DNA of 63,563 nucleotides, counting the filler, from Reticulomyxa filosa (taxonomy: Eukaryota; Protista; Foraminifera): NCBI GenBank assembly GCA_000512085.1. It is 25 parts of 25 records of this genome, joined end to end, with 100 filler letters (N's around TTAATTAATTAA, not from the genome) between each part and the next. Parts side by side here need not be neighbours in the genome. Positions count along the whole stretch, not along the records: positions 50,052 to 54,426 come from ASPP01005042.1; positions 54,527 to 55,792 come from ASPP01020827.1; positions 55,893 to 56,943 come from ASPP01042313.1; positions 57,044 to 58,269 come from ASPP01039356.1; positions 58,370 to 59,465 come from ASPP01045255.1; positions 59,566 to 61,908 come from ASPP01005546.1; positions 62,009 to 63,563 come from ASPP01022742.1; 18 more parts are not named here. One strand, given 5' to 3'. Under the pieces are notes generated by a model. The model was not told the origin of the DNA and did not search any database. It saw only the letters and a program-made list of their open reading frames with translations. Both the position numbers and the translations under genes were made by a program. Below, one piece after another: positions 51,370-63,563 of the stretch. Positions within the stretch are counted from its first letter, which is position 1. Every line of letters begins with the position of its first letter.

Positions 51370-52765
51370 ATGACTACTGCTATTAACGAAAAACAAAATT
51401 CAACTCAACTGACATTGGTAATCTTCATTCCAGTTTTTCAGAAAGCTAGTTTATATTTATGTCTTGTTTGCGTCTAAATTAGCCAGGAGAAGAAGAGATC
51501 CAAATAATAATTCGATATTGGATTCGAACATTAAAAATTAAACTAGGATGGGTCCAAGATTTTGACAAAATTGTTGTCAAATATGTTATGTTTATATATT
51601 ATTTATTACTTGTTTTTTGTTCAATAATAAGCGTTGAAATATTTATTTTTACAATTAAATACAGTCAACCGTCTTCCTCTTCATGTTTGAAACTTTTAAT
51701 TCATTTTCCAAATTACTCAATAATTTCACTGTACACACAAAACAAGTTAGTAGCATTGATTATTCAACATTCAATGGCATTCAACTCATTTGTTCTGGAT
51801 CATCGGATAAAACAGTTTGTGTATGGGATATAAATTCCAACAAACAATTACAATCATTAGACGGACATACAGAATCTGTAAACTGTGCAAAATTTTCGCA
51901 ATATTATTATAATAAACATTGTCGTAACATCATCTGTTCTGCATCAGATGATAATACCATTCGCCTTTGGGATTTCAAACATAATCAACAATTGCAATTA
52001 TTTAATGAACACAAAGATGGTGTTTATGGTATTGAATTTTCATCATTTAACAGTGGTAGATATTTGTGTTCTGCATCATTGGACAATACAATTCGTTTAT
52101 GAGATATTGAAACATCCAAATTATTACATGTTTTCAATGGGCATGAAGATGGTGTTTTGTGTGTGGACATGTCACCAGAGCAAAGCAGTAATAACATTGA
52201 TGATAATACAAGTAGTAGTGTTAGTGTGATTGGTGGTAATGGATATACCATTTGTTCTGGATCATGTGATAATACTATTCGTATATGGGATATTGAAACA
52301 ACCAAGCAATTCATTGTGCTCAAAGGACATACACGTGGAGTGTGTAGTGTAAAATATGGATCAAATAGAGTAGGAAATATTGGTTGTGCAAATACAATAT
52401 TATCAGGATCAGATGATTGTTGCGTTCGTTTATGGGACATTCGATCTGGCAATACAATTCAAGAATTTTATAAACATATAGGTACTGTGTTTGCTGTCGA
52501 CTATTCACCATTTGTAATAAAGAATAGCATTGAAGTTGTTGGCGATAATTCAAATGTAATATGCTCTGGATCGTGGGATAACACGATTCGATTTTGGGAT
52601 ATTCGATCAAATAAGATAGAATTACGTGTGATCAGTAGATATGATAAAGATGATGGAGTAACATGTTATAAATTTGTGAAATTGAAAGATAAAGTGAAGG
52701 AGAATGAAAATTGTTTCCATTTGTATTATGGCTCATATAAAGGTCCTATTTATGTTCGAGGATAA
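51370..52765 (+). CDS. WD40-repeat protein, 3 exons, with one in-frame TGA at 52100 (possible young pseudogene)
   Basis: Six repeats of the form CSGS.D.TIR.WD; N-terminal EEIQIIIRYWIRTLKIKLGW. ORFs 51683 and 52157 are in the same frame. Confidence 0.88.
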
Positions 52766-53269
52766 ATTATGATGATTAAGTGCAAAAAGATAAATATTTT
52801 TTTGAATGAGCGTGTTTTTTTGCTTATCATTCTTCATCCTTATTTGTTCGATAAGTATTTCTTTGCTTTGAAAAAATCAAATAAATAAAGATATCTTATT
52901 TACTTTTACACAAGCTTCTTAATATTAAAGTTGTATTGATTTTTCAATAATTTAAGTAATAGAAATTTTTGTAAAAACCACCACCTTACATAATTTGCTT
53001 TTTTTTTGTGATATATTGTATGTTGAAAAAGCTTTCTACTTATTAACTTTTATTCTTACAAATGAAAAAGTTTTTGTTCTAAAAAAACTTAAATAAATGA
53101 CAGGAAAATATATTCAAATAATTAATTAAAATCCTTTTTAAATTAAGGATCCCAAAATAAATTTCAAAAGAAAAAAATAGTAATGTGCGGGAACATCGAC
53201 ACAACAAAGACAATAAGAATGAAAATAAAGAAAAAGAACAAAAAAAACAAAAAGTTGAAAATGACAACT

Positions 53270-53520
53270 ACTTAAGACATTCACTGGACACACAGATTTT
53301 CGATTTTGTTCATGTATGTAGAATTTGTAGCGCTTTGATAGCATTTGTTCAAATTATTCTTTTGCCGTAATTGCTTTGTGGCTAGTGACATTATCTTGCT
53401 GAAATATCAATCTTCATTATCTTCTAAACACCAATTAATACTTTTCGATCATTTCATCACGTAGAATTTCTTTGTAAATATCAACCCAACTTTGTGAGTT
53501 ATTTTTATGCGCTTGTTCAA
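53270..53520 (-). mobile_element. Third Tc1/mariner transposase remnant
   Basis: DIYKEILRDEMI, LIFQQDNVTSHKAITAKE*F and an NSTYMN..IENL relic of the QDN / SPDLNPIENLW motifs. Confidence 0.7.
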
Positions 53521-54567
53521 TACATACTATATGTTTATTTTACTTCCACTAAAAAAAATCATATCTTAACTTTTTGATAAGCAAATAATGTGAAAAAATT
53601 TAAAGTTCAATAGTCATAAATATTATCATTAATGCTTTTTTTTTATTTGAACTAAAGCTCAAACAATTTTGAATGTAGATTCATAGCTTCAGTTTTCTTC
53701 ACGCTTCATCTTATCCAATAAAATTATTTTTTTATTAACCAATAACAGTATTCTTGACTTTAAAGTCAATTCTACCATATTTCTTTTTTTTATTCAGTAA
53801 CACATTACTAACTATTATATGTTTGTGATTTCAATTCGGATCAAAATAAAACAAAAAGAAGTACTTTCAATGTTATGCAAATATTTCAGCTGCTTTTGAC
53901 ACCAAGAAACTAACATAACTTCGCTCTTTTCATTTTTATTTCTTTTTTTTTCCAATCACAAACGGACACTATAATTTAAAGTTTGGACATATTCACACAT
54001 AACATATACTCTATTTATGAATTGGAAGATATCATTTTGAGTCCATATTATTCTCGTACTGGTCAATTTCATCGAATAATCTTCCTTTTGACGCTGTTTT
54101 CAATCTTGTACTTGTAAACATTTCTTCACATTTTTTAGTTTGGCCACTTCTTTCATGAACAAACTATACATGTTATCATATAGCTCTTTCCAAACACGGA
54201 ACGTCTGTTCCCCTTTGATAGGTACCGAGTTCACCAGAATAAGTATATTTCATCAATATCTTTTTTCATTTTCCATGATATTAATTAAAACCCTTTTTTA
54301 TTTTCATATCTATGCACTGATTGAACTTTGGAATTTAATGTTTATTATTAGAAAATAATTTTTATTATATAATTCTATTATGCTTGTAGTGATACATGAG
54401 TCATAACTGACTCCAGAGTTGTAATANNNNNNNNNNNNNNNNNNNNNNNNNNNNNNNNNNNNNNNNNNNNTTAATTAATTAANNNNNNNNNNNNNNNNNN
54501 NNNNNNNNNNNNNNNNNNNNNNNNNNCTTCTCTCATACCAAGCTGTCGTTTCAAAAACTAATCACAG

Positions 54568-54711
54568 GGCCAAACTGATATCAAAGAAGTCCATTTCCAT
54601 CCTCAAATACCAAATTTGGCCATTGCCACTGCTGGATCTGGCTTTCATGTCATACAACCTGATAATCTACACCAAGGGTTTATTGAAAGCCAGACAGAAA
54701 CTATGAATTAA
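54568..54711 (+). CDS. GRWD1: GRWD1/RRB1 last exon
   Basis: GQTDIKEVHFHPQIPNLAIATAGSGF, preceded by ACTAATCACAG (branch point plus acceptor). Confidence 0.8.
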   Translation, partial: GQTDIKEVHFHPQIPNLAIATAGSGFHVIQPDNLHQGFIESQTETMN

Positions 54712-55252
54712 ATTTTTTTAAATGTGTTTTTATGTTGTATTATTTGTTGAAAGGAACCAAAACAAAGGGCTACGAGGGAACTAAAAGTGATCCACAAAAA
54801 ATGTTTTGGTTTTTCATGTCTCACCTTTGTGTTTAATTGGTGAATACATCATTATGTTTTTATCCACAAAACTGATTAAAACGTTTAATACGATATTCGC
54901 TACAGATATCATTACTACATAATCAAAATCACAATTTCTTCATATATACAAATTCTCTGAAGTTTTGTGGTTAAAAAACATCATTTCTTACGGAAAAATG
55001 CTTTCTCAAAAAAATATTTGTTTTAGGCTCTCTTTTCTGTCTTTGCAACACCAGCTATGGTTAACCTGCAAGTGCAGTAAAGAAAACAAATGAGACTATG
55101 CAACAAACAGGTCTACACAAAATTTGTTGGCATTACCTACAAAAAGGTAATAAGTTTGGAGAGCAGGTAGACCCCGTCAGAAGGAAACCAAAGGAGGAAA
55201 AGGATAAAATTGTTTAATCTCATTGTTTTAATCGTTGCATCTCAGTACATCA

Positions 55253-55602
55253 ATGCAGAGTTACCTCCGTCAGCCACAAGTCGCAAACAATCTAAAAGTG
55301 AATGTCTGGTTCATGAATACAAATACTGTTGGCTTGAGCTGGTGCCTCCCTTTGCCACCCGAGATCTTTGACTACACTCAGAAGAGCCAAAATAAGTTTA
55401 TGGAGCAGCTCGAATATCGTGTATATCGTAAAAATTTGACAAAAAATGAAAGCAAATCTGAGCCCAAGGACAGATGTAAAAAGCAAGTTAGCATCTTGCG
55501 CGCCCAACCCCAAACTCGATATCACATATTTGTGGAATGTTACCACCCAGAATTTGATGTCATAGCAAGGTCGAGCGAGCTCGAGTTGTTTACTCCTAGA
55601 GG
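55253..55602 (+). CDS. Fibronectin type III-like domain exon
   Basis: NTVGLSW..P, LEYRVY and LRAQPQTRYHIFVEC fit the FN3 W/Y/Y pattern. Confidence 0.6.
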
Positions 55603-55753
55603 TGGGTATTTGAATAATTTTGTTAGAAAAACTGGATAGGGATTCTAAATTTTGGAGCCAGCTTTTCTTTCATTGGCATTCCTCCTATTCTCTTCTCCTT
55701 TGTTTCTAGCGTCCATTTTTTTTTTTTGGCATTTATTTTTGATAACACTTTAA

Positions 55754-55792
<39 letters not shown>

Positions 55793-55994
55793 NNNNNNNN
55801 NNNNNNNNNNNNNNNNNNNNNNNNNNNNNNNNNNNNTTAATTAATTAANNNNNNNNNNNNNNNNNNNNNNNNNNNNNNNNNNNNNNNNNNNNATCTCGTT
55901 GAAATTACTTCAAGGACGAATAGGTTTATTATAATTTTATTTTGTTTATTTAAATGAACAAATGACATAATAATAAAATATATATATACATAAA

Positions 55995-56910
55995 GCATTG
56001 GAATGGAGTTGGATAAATCACTCAATCAAGGCCATGATGGTAAAGGCAAGACATGGCCATGGACTGTTTGTGATGACCAAAGTATTCTTGTAATTGTCCG
56101 AACTGAACTTGTATGCAGAATCGCTATTGTGAACAAAGTTGGATCGTGTCTGCATGCAATCTTCCATCATATGAGAAGGATCTTTGATCAAATTGAGTGA
56201 GACCAACAAAGACTATCTAGGAGTGAAACTGTTCGGCCAATCCGACTTTTTCGCGTCGCCAAAGCATCTCATCGAAAAATTTGACCGAGGCTTATTCAAC
56301 TCAACTATTTCTTCCGTCGAAAATCGATAATATGGTCAGACGTGCGAGTCGAGAATGTGCCACCTGCGACGCAAATAAGCCTCGGCCGTGATAGAGTCAC
56401 TCTTGACACGGGTGATATTGGCAAAGTTGTGTTTTATGATCAGCTTTGACGACAGGGAAATGTTTGGCATTTTATTGGATAATTGATCGCTCAATAGTCA
56501 CAAGATTGCTGATTCCCTCTTTGAGTCCGTGAAGGAGGATGTGAAAAGCGACAAGCGATGGAGGTCGATGGATATTTAAACCCCTTCAACGAAGACGATA
56601 AGACTAAAAAAAGATGGACCAAAGTCAGTTCAAATATATTAAATAGTAAAGTATATGGGAAAGACCGAGTTTACACAAGCAGAGTCAATCTCATGACAAG
56701 TCACTCAATGAAATGCAATGCTTTAAAAAAAAAGGCTATTTTATTCGTATATATCTTTGAAAGACATAATCGGTGATAGTGACATAGCCATATTTGGACG
56801 CGCATTTTGAAGAGGACTACAAGTGATCGACACAAAGGAAAAGTGATATTTATTGGCAAAGTCAAGTTTTCGCCTGAAGGAATGGCAGGTGGGATCCAAA
56901 TAGACATAAC
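55995..56910 (+). pseudogene. Decayed multi-CAP-Gly domain gene
   Basis: GMELDKSLNQGHDGK, DRVTLDTGDIGKVVF, MFGILLDN*S and GKVIFIGKVKF....GIQID, interrupted by stops and frameshifts. Confidence 0.6.
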
Positions 56911-57043
56911 AGCAACATGTGCGTATGTATGTGTGGAAAAAAANNNNNNNNNNNNNNNNNNNNNNNNNNNNNNNNNNNNNNNNNNNNTTAATTAATTAAN
57001 NNNNNNNNNNNNNNNNNNNNNNNNNNNNNNNNNNNNNNNNNNN

Positions 57044-58063
57044 AGCAGCAATAGAACAAAAGGCAAATGAGCCAGTGACATCAGTATTGGCAAAGGATGA
57101 CAATAAAAACAAGGAAGAAAATAGTAATGCCGATACTAATGCTAATAATGCTAATAATACCAATAATGCCAATGCCAATGAAACGACGACAGATAGCAAA
57201 CCATCTCGTACGGTGAGACAGGTCTCCATTCGCTTTAACGAGTTGATAAAATCGACAACGCAGAAATTCAGCGAGTGATTAATCAAGTCTCTCAACTTTG
57301 AGGAGTTGCTGCTGCAACTGCTGCACATTTTAAAACTGGCCAGTGTCGACTCGCATCCCACGCAGGAACGGGACTGGGTGGTGCGCTATGCCGTGAGACT
57401 GTGGATCTCGATCCTGCTGCTACGACCGTCGCTCTTGCCTGAGCTGTTCAAACGCCTACAAAAAGACCCGTCGTTCATTCTGGGCGCGCTTCATTCCAAA
57501 GATCGCGAAATTGGCAGCGAGTTTGCAAAGTCGCTGCGCAAGCTGTGTCGCATTGTAGACGAGTCGCCCATGTACACGCCCGAACTCAAAAAAACGCTTC
57601 CAGGGGTGAAGGTGACCCGGTTCTTCTTGCACGATATTTTGCTCAAGTATCTGCCCAAAGAAGGAAAGGATGACATTGACCCCGAACAGCACTTTTATTT
57701 ACTCATTTCACTCATGCAAGAGTACACGGAAAAGTATCAATCTTTGGTCTCCGAATTTGGCGATTTGTTCACCTATTTGGTGGAGCAGTTGAAACTGCAT
57801 AAGAGCATAGAGACGTATGGAGACTTTGCCAATGACAAAGTGTTGACCGGTTTAATGTCTTTGCTTTCCGTACTTTTGGCTGGAGACAAGTCGTTCCGAA
57901 GACTTGCTGGAGAAAACGGGTTAATTTAATAACTTACTTATTTATTTATTTATTTATCTATTTATTTGTATACGTACAGCCAGCCATATATCTATATACA
58001 TATACATGTATTATATATGTATATGTGTTATACGTATATAATGAAATAGATTTGATACTTGAA

Positions 58064-58105
<42 letters not shown>

Positions 58106-58269
58106 ATCGCTTCTTGTTTGCTACCGGGAAAACGGATGAGACAAGGAAAATAATTGGCCGAAATGCAAGACGAATGTGAGCCGCAAACTCGGATTCCGTT
58201 TGCTCGTACAATTATGCATGGAGACACCAGAGAATTACAAACAGTTGCATCAACTGATCCAAGGACTGC
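57044..58269 (+). CDS. USP34/USP24/USP9-family deubiquitinase, helical region just upstream of the catalytic domain (in-frame TGA at 57276)
   Basis: DKVLTGLMSLLSVLL, then after an intron PKCKTNVSRKLGFRLLVQLC...PENY, similar to the USP34 PKCKS..SR..A..LL motif. Confidence 0.75.
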
Positions 58270-58739
58270 NNNNNNNNNNNNNNNNNNNNNNNNNNNNNNN
58301 NNNNNNNNNNNNNTTAATTAATTAANNNNNNNNNNNNNNNNNNNNNNNNNNNNNNNNNNNNNNNNNNNNTTTGCATGATACGCCGTCTTCTTGGCGAGCT
58401 TGCTCTTTCGTATCGGGCGGCAGCAAGGCTGGAATTTCTTGAGATTGGTCTGTGAGAATCTTGACCCACTGTACCAGTGCCACATCCAACACGTCGACTG
58501 TAGTCCATAGCATGTTCCGGAAACAATTCAGCAAAGATAGCCAATTCTTGTTGGACCAACACGACTTTTGCAACGATTGAACCATAAAATGCAGTCAGCT
58601 CTATGTTCACCGATTGCCAATGTTCTACGTCGCCAACCAGCTCAAGTTTTATAATTGTAGCTCGACGACACAAACTTGGACCACACCGATCCATAACTCA
58701 AGTGCGAAAGTGCGCACGTATACTTGAACAGTCCCCCCT

Positions 58740-59465
58740 TTTTTTTTTCTATTTTCTTCACATTTTTGATCTTTTTTTTTTTTTTCTTTTTTTTCCTTTC
58801 TTCTTTTTTTTCTAATTGTCAACTTTTTTATTTTTCTTTTTCATTTTTTAACATTTTTTTTCCATTTTCCAATCATTTTTTATTCTTCTAATTCTTTTTT
58901 TATTTTCCATTCTTTTTTTTTCCATTCTTTTTTTTTCCATTCTTTTTTATTTTTCTTAAATAAAATTTTTCCCTCTTATTTTTCCCACTTTTTTTCAAAT
59001 TCTTTTTTCCCCCCCTTTTCCAATCCTTTTTTTTCCCTCCATTTCCCTATCCCTCCTATCTAAAATAAAAAATAAAAAATAAAAATAAAAAAATAAATAA
59101 AAAAAACTTCACATTTGCTTTGATCTTGAACCTATAAACATTTCAAAGTAAAATTTTTTAATTTTTTAAGAAAAAAAAAAATAAACATACTTTTTGTTTT
59201 GGAGCTGAAAACTCCATTTCCAATATTCCTATTTTTTTTTGTCTTTGTCAGGGAGGGGGGACACATAAATTTTTTTTGATGGGGGCATGCCTATTCACAA
59301 AAAGACAAACACATTTTTTATTAAAAATAAAAAAAAATAAAAAAACAAATACAAACTCTTTTTTTAATTTTGGAATGCGGGTTTGGCTTCAACCCCGAAG
59401 TTTTTCTTTGGAGGGATGAGGAGTACGTATACTTTTTATTATTTTTTTTTTGCATGGGGCTGCAG
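58740..59465. repeat. Dispersed structured element, copy 3 (cut by contig end)
   Basis: T-rich tract 58740-59040, GGAG..CTCCATTTCCAAT at 59201, GGGGGCATGCCTATT at 59281 and ATGCGGG...GGCTTCAACCCC at 59385. Confidence 0.85.
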
Positions 59466-59887
59466 NNNNNNNNNNNNNNNNNNNNNNNNNNNNNNNNNNN
59501 NNNNNNNNNTTAATTAATTAANNNNNNNNNNNNNNNNNNNNNNNNNNNNNNNNNNNNNNNNNNNNCCTCTCGTGTTACAGTTAGTGTACCAATACTATCA
59601 GCAGACGTCCCACAGTGCGTACAAGCATTATATCTGCGAAAATTAAAAAAATTTAACTATAACGCCTGATGTTAATGAATGATTAAATAATGATATGTGA
59701 TAGATCAACAAAATGTGATGAATATGAAAACTATTTATCACTTTTTATAAAAATGATCAATATTTCAATACGTAATCTTTTTCCAGTTTGATGAATTTTT
59801 TATAAATAGATCATTTTTATTAAAATAAATAAAAAAACGTTTTTGTTTTTTCAAATTAAAACTATATCAAAAAAACCAATTAAATCA

Positions 59888-60914
59888 ACAAGTTACAAAG
59901 GGAACGTAGTTCCATTTTTTAAAATTTTTTATCTGTCATGGAGTTGCAGGCGAAAGTAAGTTCAGAGATAATGAATTCAATCTTTACAGTTTTTGGATGA
60001 GAAACAGTTGTGAAAGCATCTACGTTGCTTATGTTAAGTTTAGTCTCATTAAGTTAGACAGTAAAGTTAAATATGATTAACATTACACATTTTGATAAAA
60101 AAAATTATATTATCACTTGTTAATCAATGATACATATGCACAAGTGTGAGTAATCATAGTGCGTGTAATAACACAAATGCGTAAATTGTTTTATTTCTAT
60201 TCAAAAGAGAATATCACAAAGCAAATCCGTCTTAAAATTGGCTTTCTTTGACAAGAGGATTGATATTGTGCTCATTCACATCGTCCAAATTCAGGTAGCA
60301 TGGCATGTTTCTTTTGATTTAACGTGTTTTTTATTTTCAAGAAGAGAAAAAAACATTGATACAAATCCAATTTATCTTTGTCCGAGTGATCATGTACGCG
60401 TGTATAGGTGTTCCGTAACAACAGTAAAGCTCTTATGTGACATAATCATTTCAAAGATGTGGACTATGTAATATCGTTGAGCAAGTGCATGAACAGCTAA
60501 TTTGATTGCAATTGAGTTTAATGGTGACCCTTTTTTAAACAGTAATAATAACAATATTGAGTAAATGCTAAGAATTTTTAACTTACCACAATTGCTTTTC
60601 TCGATATCAAACATGTTAATTGAAAGCTATAATATGTTTGAAATGATTCTATTATTAGATCTTTTTGCAAAATTGATGAAAATATGCTTTAAATAGGACT
60701 GAAAAGACATCAAATGTCATGAATGGTCTTAATTTGTTGCTGGCAATGATTAAAACATAATTGAGAAAAACCAATTTAACACATTCACTTTGTTTTTTTT
60801 AAAGACAAAAGAATGGAAACAAGAAGTCAGCAAAGCTTTGTAGTTTGCTGTCAAGAAAAAACATTACAAATACAAAAATTAAAAAAAAGGAACTACGTTC
60901 CCCTTGTAACTTGT
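59888..60914. mobile_element. MITE-like or non-autonomous DNA transposon with ~35-bp terminal inverted repeats
   Basis: Left end ACAAGTTACAAAGGGAACGTAGTTCC; right end GGAACTACGTTCCCCTTGTAACTTGT (1 mismatch in 26). No intact ORF; CA flanks both sides. Confidence 0.75.
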
Positions 60915-62026
60915 CATTATGTGTCATTCATTTCGGAACAATGGTTAAATTTCGATGTTATGATGTCTTTTTTTTATCATATTCTTCAAAAACCACACAT
61001 CTTAGCCTTGAATAAATCAATAAAAAAACAACACAAAGCAATTTGATAAGTTTCTACAAGGCAAGTCCCTAGTAGACGTAAAATAAGCTCAAAACGTAAT
61101 AGTTCGAGATGTAATCAGCAGTGAATGCCTTTGAAAGGTGTAACACAGCAAAAGAAGAAGTATTTTCATGACCGCAAACATTTTAAAGAGTTTTTTGATT
61201 TGACAGAACCTGTTCCCTCTATTACTTTGTTCCAAGGGATATGTGACAAAGAATATTTAAAAAATTTTTATTTTTTCAATTTTGCTTTTCTTTATTTTTT
61301 GTCAATTTTCTTCTTTCTTGAAGAAAATAAAAATCATGTTGAATGAGACGACCCCCAAAAGGAGTCAGTTCCATTTTTTTTATTTCTTTATCTATAATGT
61401 GTTGCTTCACAACAAGTCCAAAAAAATAAGTACAGTTATTCTCCAGGTAAGGAATATTATAATGCTCTTGCCTTTTCTTAGTGTAACTTTTTCGAAAAAA
61501 TTTTACTACTACGAGCGAAACTGACAATCAAGCAAAGAATTAAATATAAAATTGACAAATTGATTGTCATTGTCTGATCAAAAATCAATTTCACAAATGC
61601 CGAAAAATGCAAATTTCAACAATATTTTAAACAAAGTTACACAGAAATGCCTTTACACAAAAAAATAAATAAAACCTGAACTCAGCATCAAATCACAATC
61701 TCTTCCTCTCAAAATGTCATTATACAGTAGATCACGTGCTAAGTAATTCAAACATATTATGCTTTTTACATTCGCAAATCATATATGTACTAACAAGATA
61801 AAACAAATGATGATGTACAAATAATCCATTAGCAAAAATGCTATTGATATCGTTATTATAGATGAGTATAATGTTATCACACGTTATTAACAAGCTCATT
61901 TGCTTTTTNNNNNNNNNNNNNNNNNNNNNNNNNNNNNNNNNNNNNNNNNNNNTTAATTAATTAANNNNNNNNNNNNNNNNNNNNNNNNNNNNNNNNNNNN
62001 NNNNNNNNTTTTTTTTTCAAGTTAAA

Positions 62027-63563
62027 TTGAAAAAAGAACCTCTGAACGAAACAGTTGAATGTTTAGAATATAGATCCAAAAATTATGATATCCAAAATTG
62101 GATTTTATACACTAAAATAATGCCATCAATATCAACTGGATTGAATGAACAACAACTAGATATTACATTCAAATTGTTTATCAGTGAAATCATTTATAGA
62201 AACATAAACGATCGTGCTTTATACACAAAAGCACTTCAAATGATAGCATTTGAATCGAATGAAACACAACTGAATAATTTGCTTCATTATTTGCAAAATA
62301 AATTCATGGGTGAACATTGTTCATCTAGACAAATGCTAGAAATAGTGTTGTCCAATTTGAACGAACGAAAAATTAATACATTCAAAATTTTAATGGATGT
62401 GCTCAATAATACCAATGATAAAGTTCGCAATTTATATGCAAATATACTTACAACGAAATTGAATGACAAGCAATTGTGCTTATTAATAAATAGTTTTTTG
62501 GAAGACACTCCTGTGAGTTACAAAGCAAACTTTGTATTGTCAAAAATATCAGATGATATGTGGAGACTTGTTGTAATTACTACATTGAACACAAAAATTG
62601 AAATGGGAAAGAAAAATATTGAAATGGAATTGCTGGCATTATGTTTGTTAAAATATAATCCCCGTATTCAATTTAATCGCAATGATAATAATGACAACAT
62701 CATCAACTCTGAGGCTTTCAAAGAATTGATAGATTGTTTCAATAAACAAACCATGAAATAGGGATTTTCAATTCAACAAAAATGGAGTGATTGTGATACC
62801 TTGAAAATTAACTTAAAGTTACAGCACTTAAATAGTTATGCCTCAACTCATGAAGCAGCAAAATTAGGTAATATAACACAACTGAAATCTACATTAAAAC
62901 ATCATCGTATTGGTATTAATAATGCATTTAATGAACATGGACAAACTCCATTACATGTAGCAATACATAACAAACATTGGGATACTGCTCGTTATTGCAT
63001 TGGACAAGATGCATGGATTGACGTCAGAGAAGGTGGATTGGATGCAAATACTTCACAAATTCCTTGTGAATGCATCAGTGAGCTGATTGAAAAGAAGAAA
63101 GAAAATAATAAAAAAGATGAAAAAGAATATTCCGAAATGATAAAATTATGCAAATTGATATTGAAGAAACGAATAATGCATCCAATGAAACAAATTGAAT
63201 ATGCAATTGATTATGTCAAAGACAAATTAATTGATGAAGATGGTGTTAGTAAAGTCATTGATGCAGATAGTTATCAGACATTATCGATAGAAGGTGCATC
63301 TTTCTTATTGGGAATGAATAAAAAAGAATTAAAAGATATATTAATTGACGATAATATATTTTATTGGGCAACTGGTCGAAATATTAAATCAATTGAAGCT
63401 GAAAATTTAAATCAAAGAAGATTTGATGAAGGATGGCATGTAACCACATTCTTAAGATATCAAATATTTTTATTATTTGAAATATGTGTTGAATTGAAAC
63501 GAGAAGGAACTCGTAATATTAAATTACCAAAGAACACAACATTTGAACAAGTGTGTGTGTGTG
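62027..63563 (+). CDS. HEAT-like repeat plus ankyrin plus unknown domain protein, partial, with one in-frame TAG at 62759
   Basis: LNEQQLD / LNDKQL repeats. After the TAG the same frame stays open to the window end and encodes HEAAKLGN and GQTPLHVAI (ankyrin repeats). Confidence 0.75.

Noticed and set aside
1124-62008. Regularly recurring TTAATTAATTAA as a biological repeat or CRISPR-like array
   Set aside because: It is always centred in 88 Ns with an identical 100-bp length, so it is an assembly concatenation spacer. ORFs containing X runs and cross-linker gene neighbourhoods are artefacts.
32247-62761. Genome-wide stop-codon reassignment
   Set aside because: TGA ends folB at the expected position and TGG is used normally for Trp. 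Conserved genes such as P5C dehydrogenase and TIM50 lack internal stops.

Overview
This is not one continuous locus. It is 25 short contigs of an AT-rich, intron-containing eukaryotic draft assembly, joined by 24 identical 100-bp artificial linkers (44 N + TTAATTAATTAA + 44 N), so adjacency across linkers has no biological meaning. The expanded gene families (WD40, Kelch-like, TRAF-like, HEAT-repeat/ankyrin, CAP-Gly, 7TM) and the frequent homopolymer frameshifts suggest the foraminiferan Reticulomyxa filosa or a relative; this comes from recalled family signatures, not a search. Recognisable genes or fragments: cytoplasmic dynein heavy-chain tail, TIM50-like, two 7TM receptors, a TM-RGS protein, an OB-fold protein, dihydroneopterin aldolase (FolB) with a mitochondrial-type presequence, a LysM-UBA protein, P5C dehydrogenase, RRS1, UPF3, GRWD1, an F-box protein, an FN3 protein and a USP34/USP24-like DUB. 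There are also many decayed paralogs, three Tc1/mariner remnants and a ~1-kb TIR-bounded MITE-like element. The most intriguing signal is an unnamed dispersed element present on three unlinked contigs: a long T-rich tract followed by GC-rich motif islands at conserved spacing, with hairpins whose minus-strand loops switch between GNRA tetraloops (GAAA/GCAA). Also notable: four long reading frames each broken by one in-frame TAG/TGA where Trp fits, and introns whose 3' ends are A-tracts. No CRISPR array, rRNA or convincing tRNA was seen.
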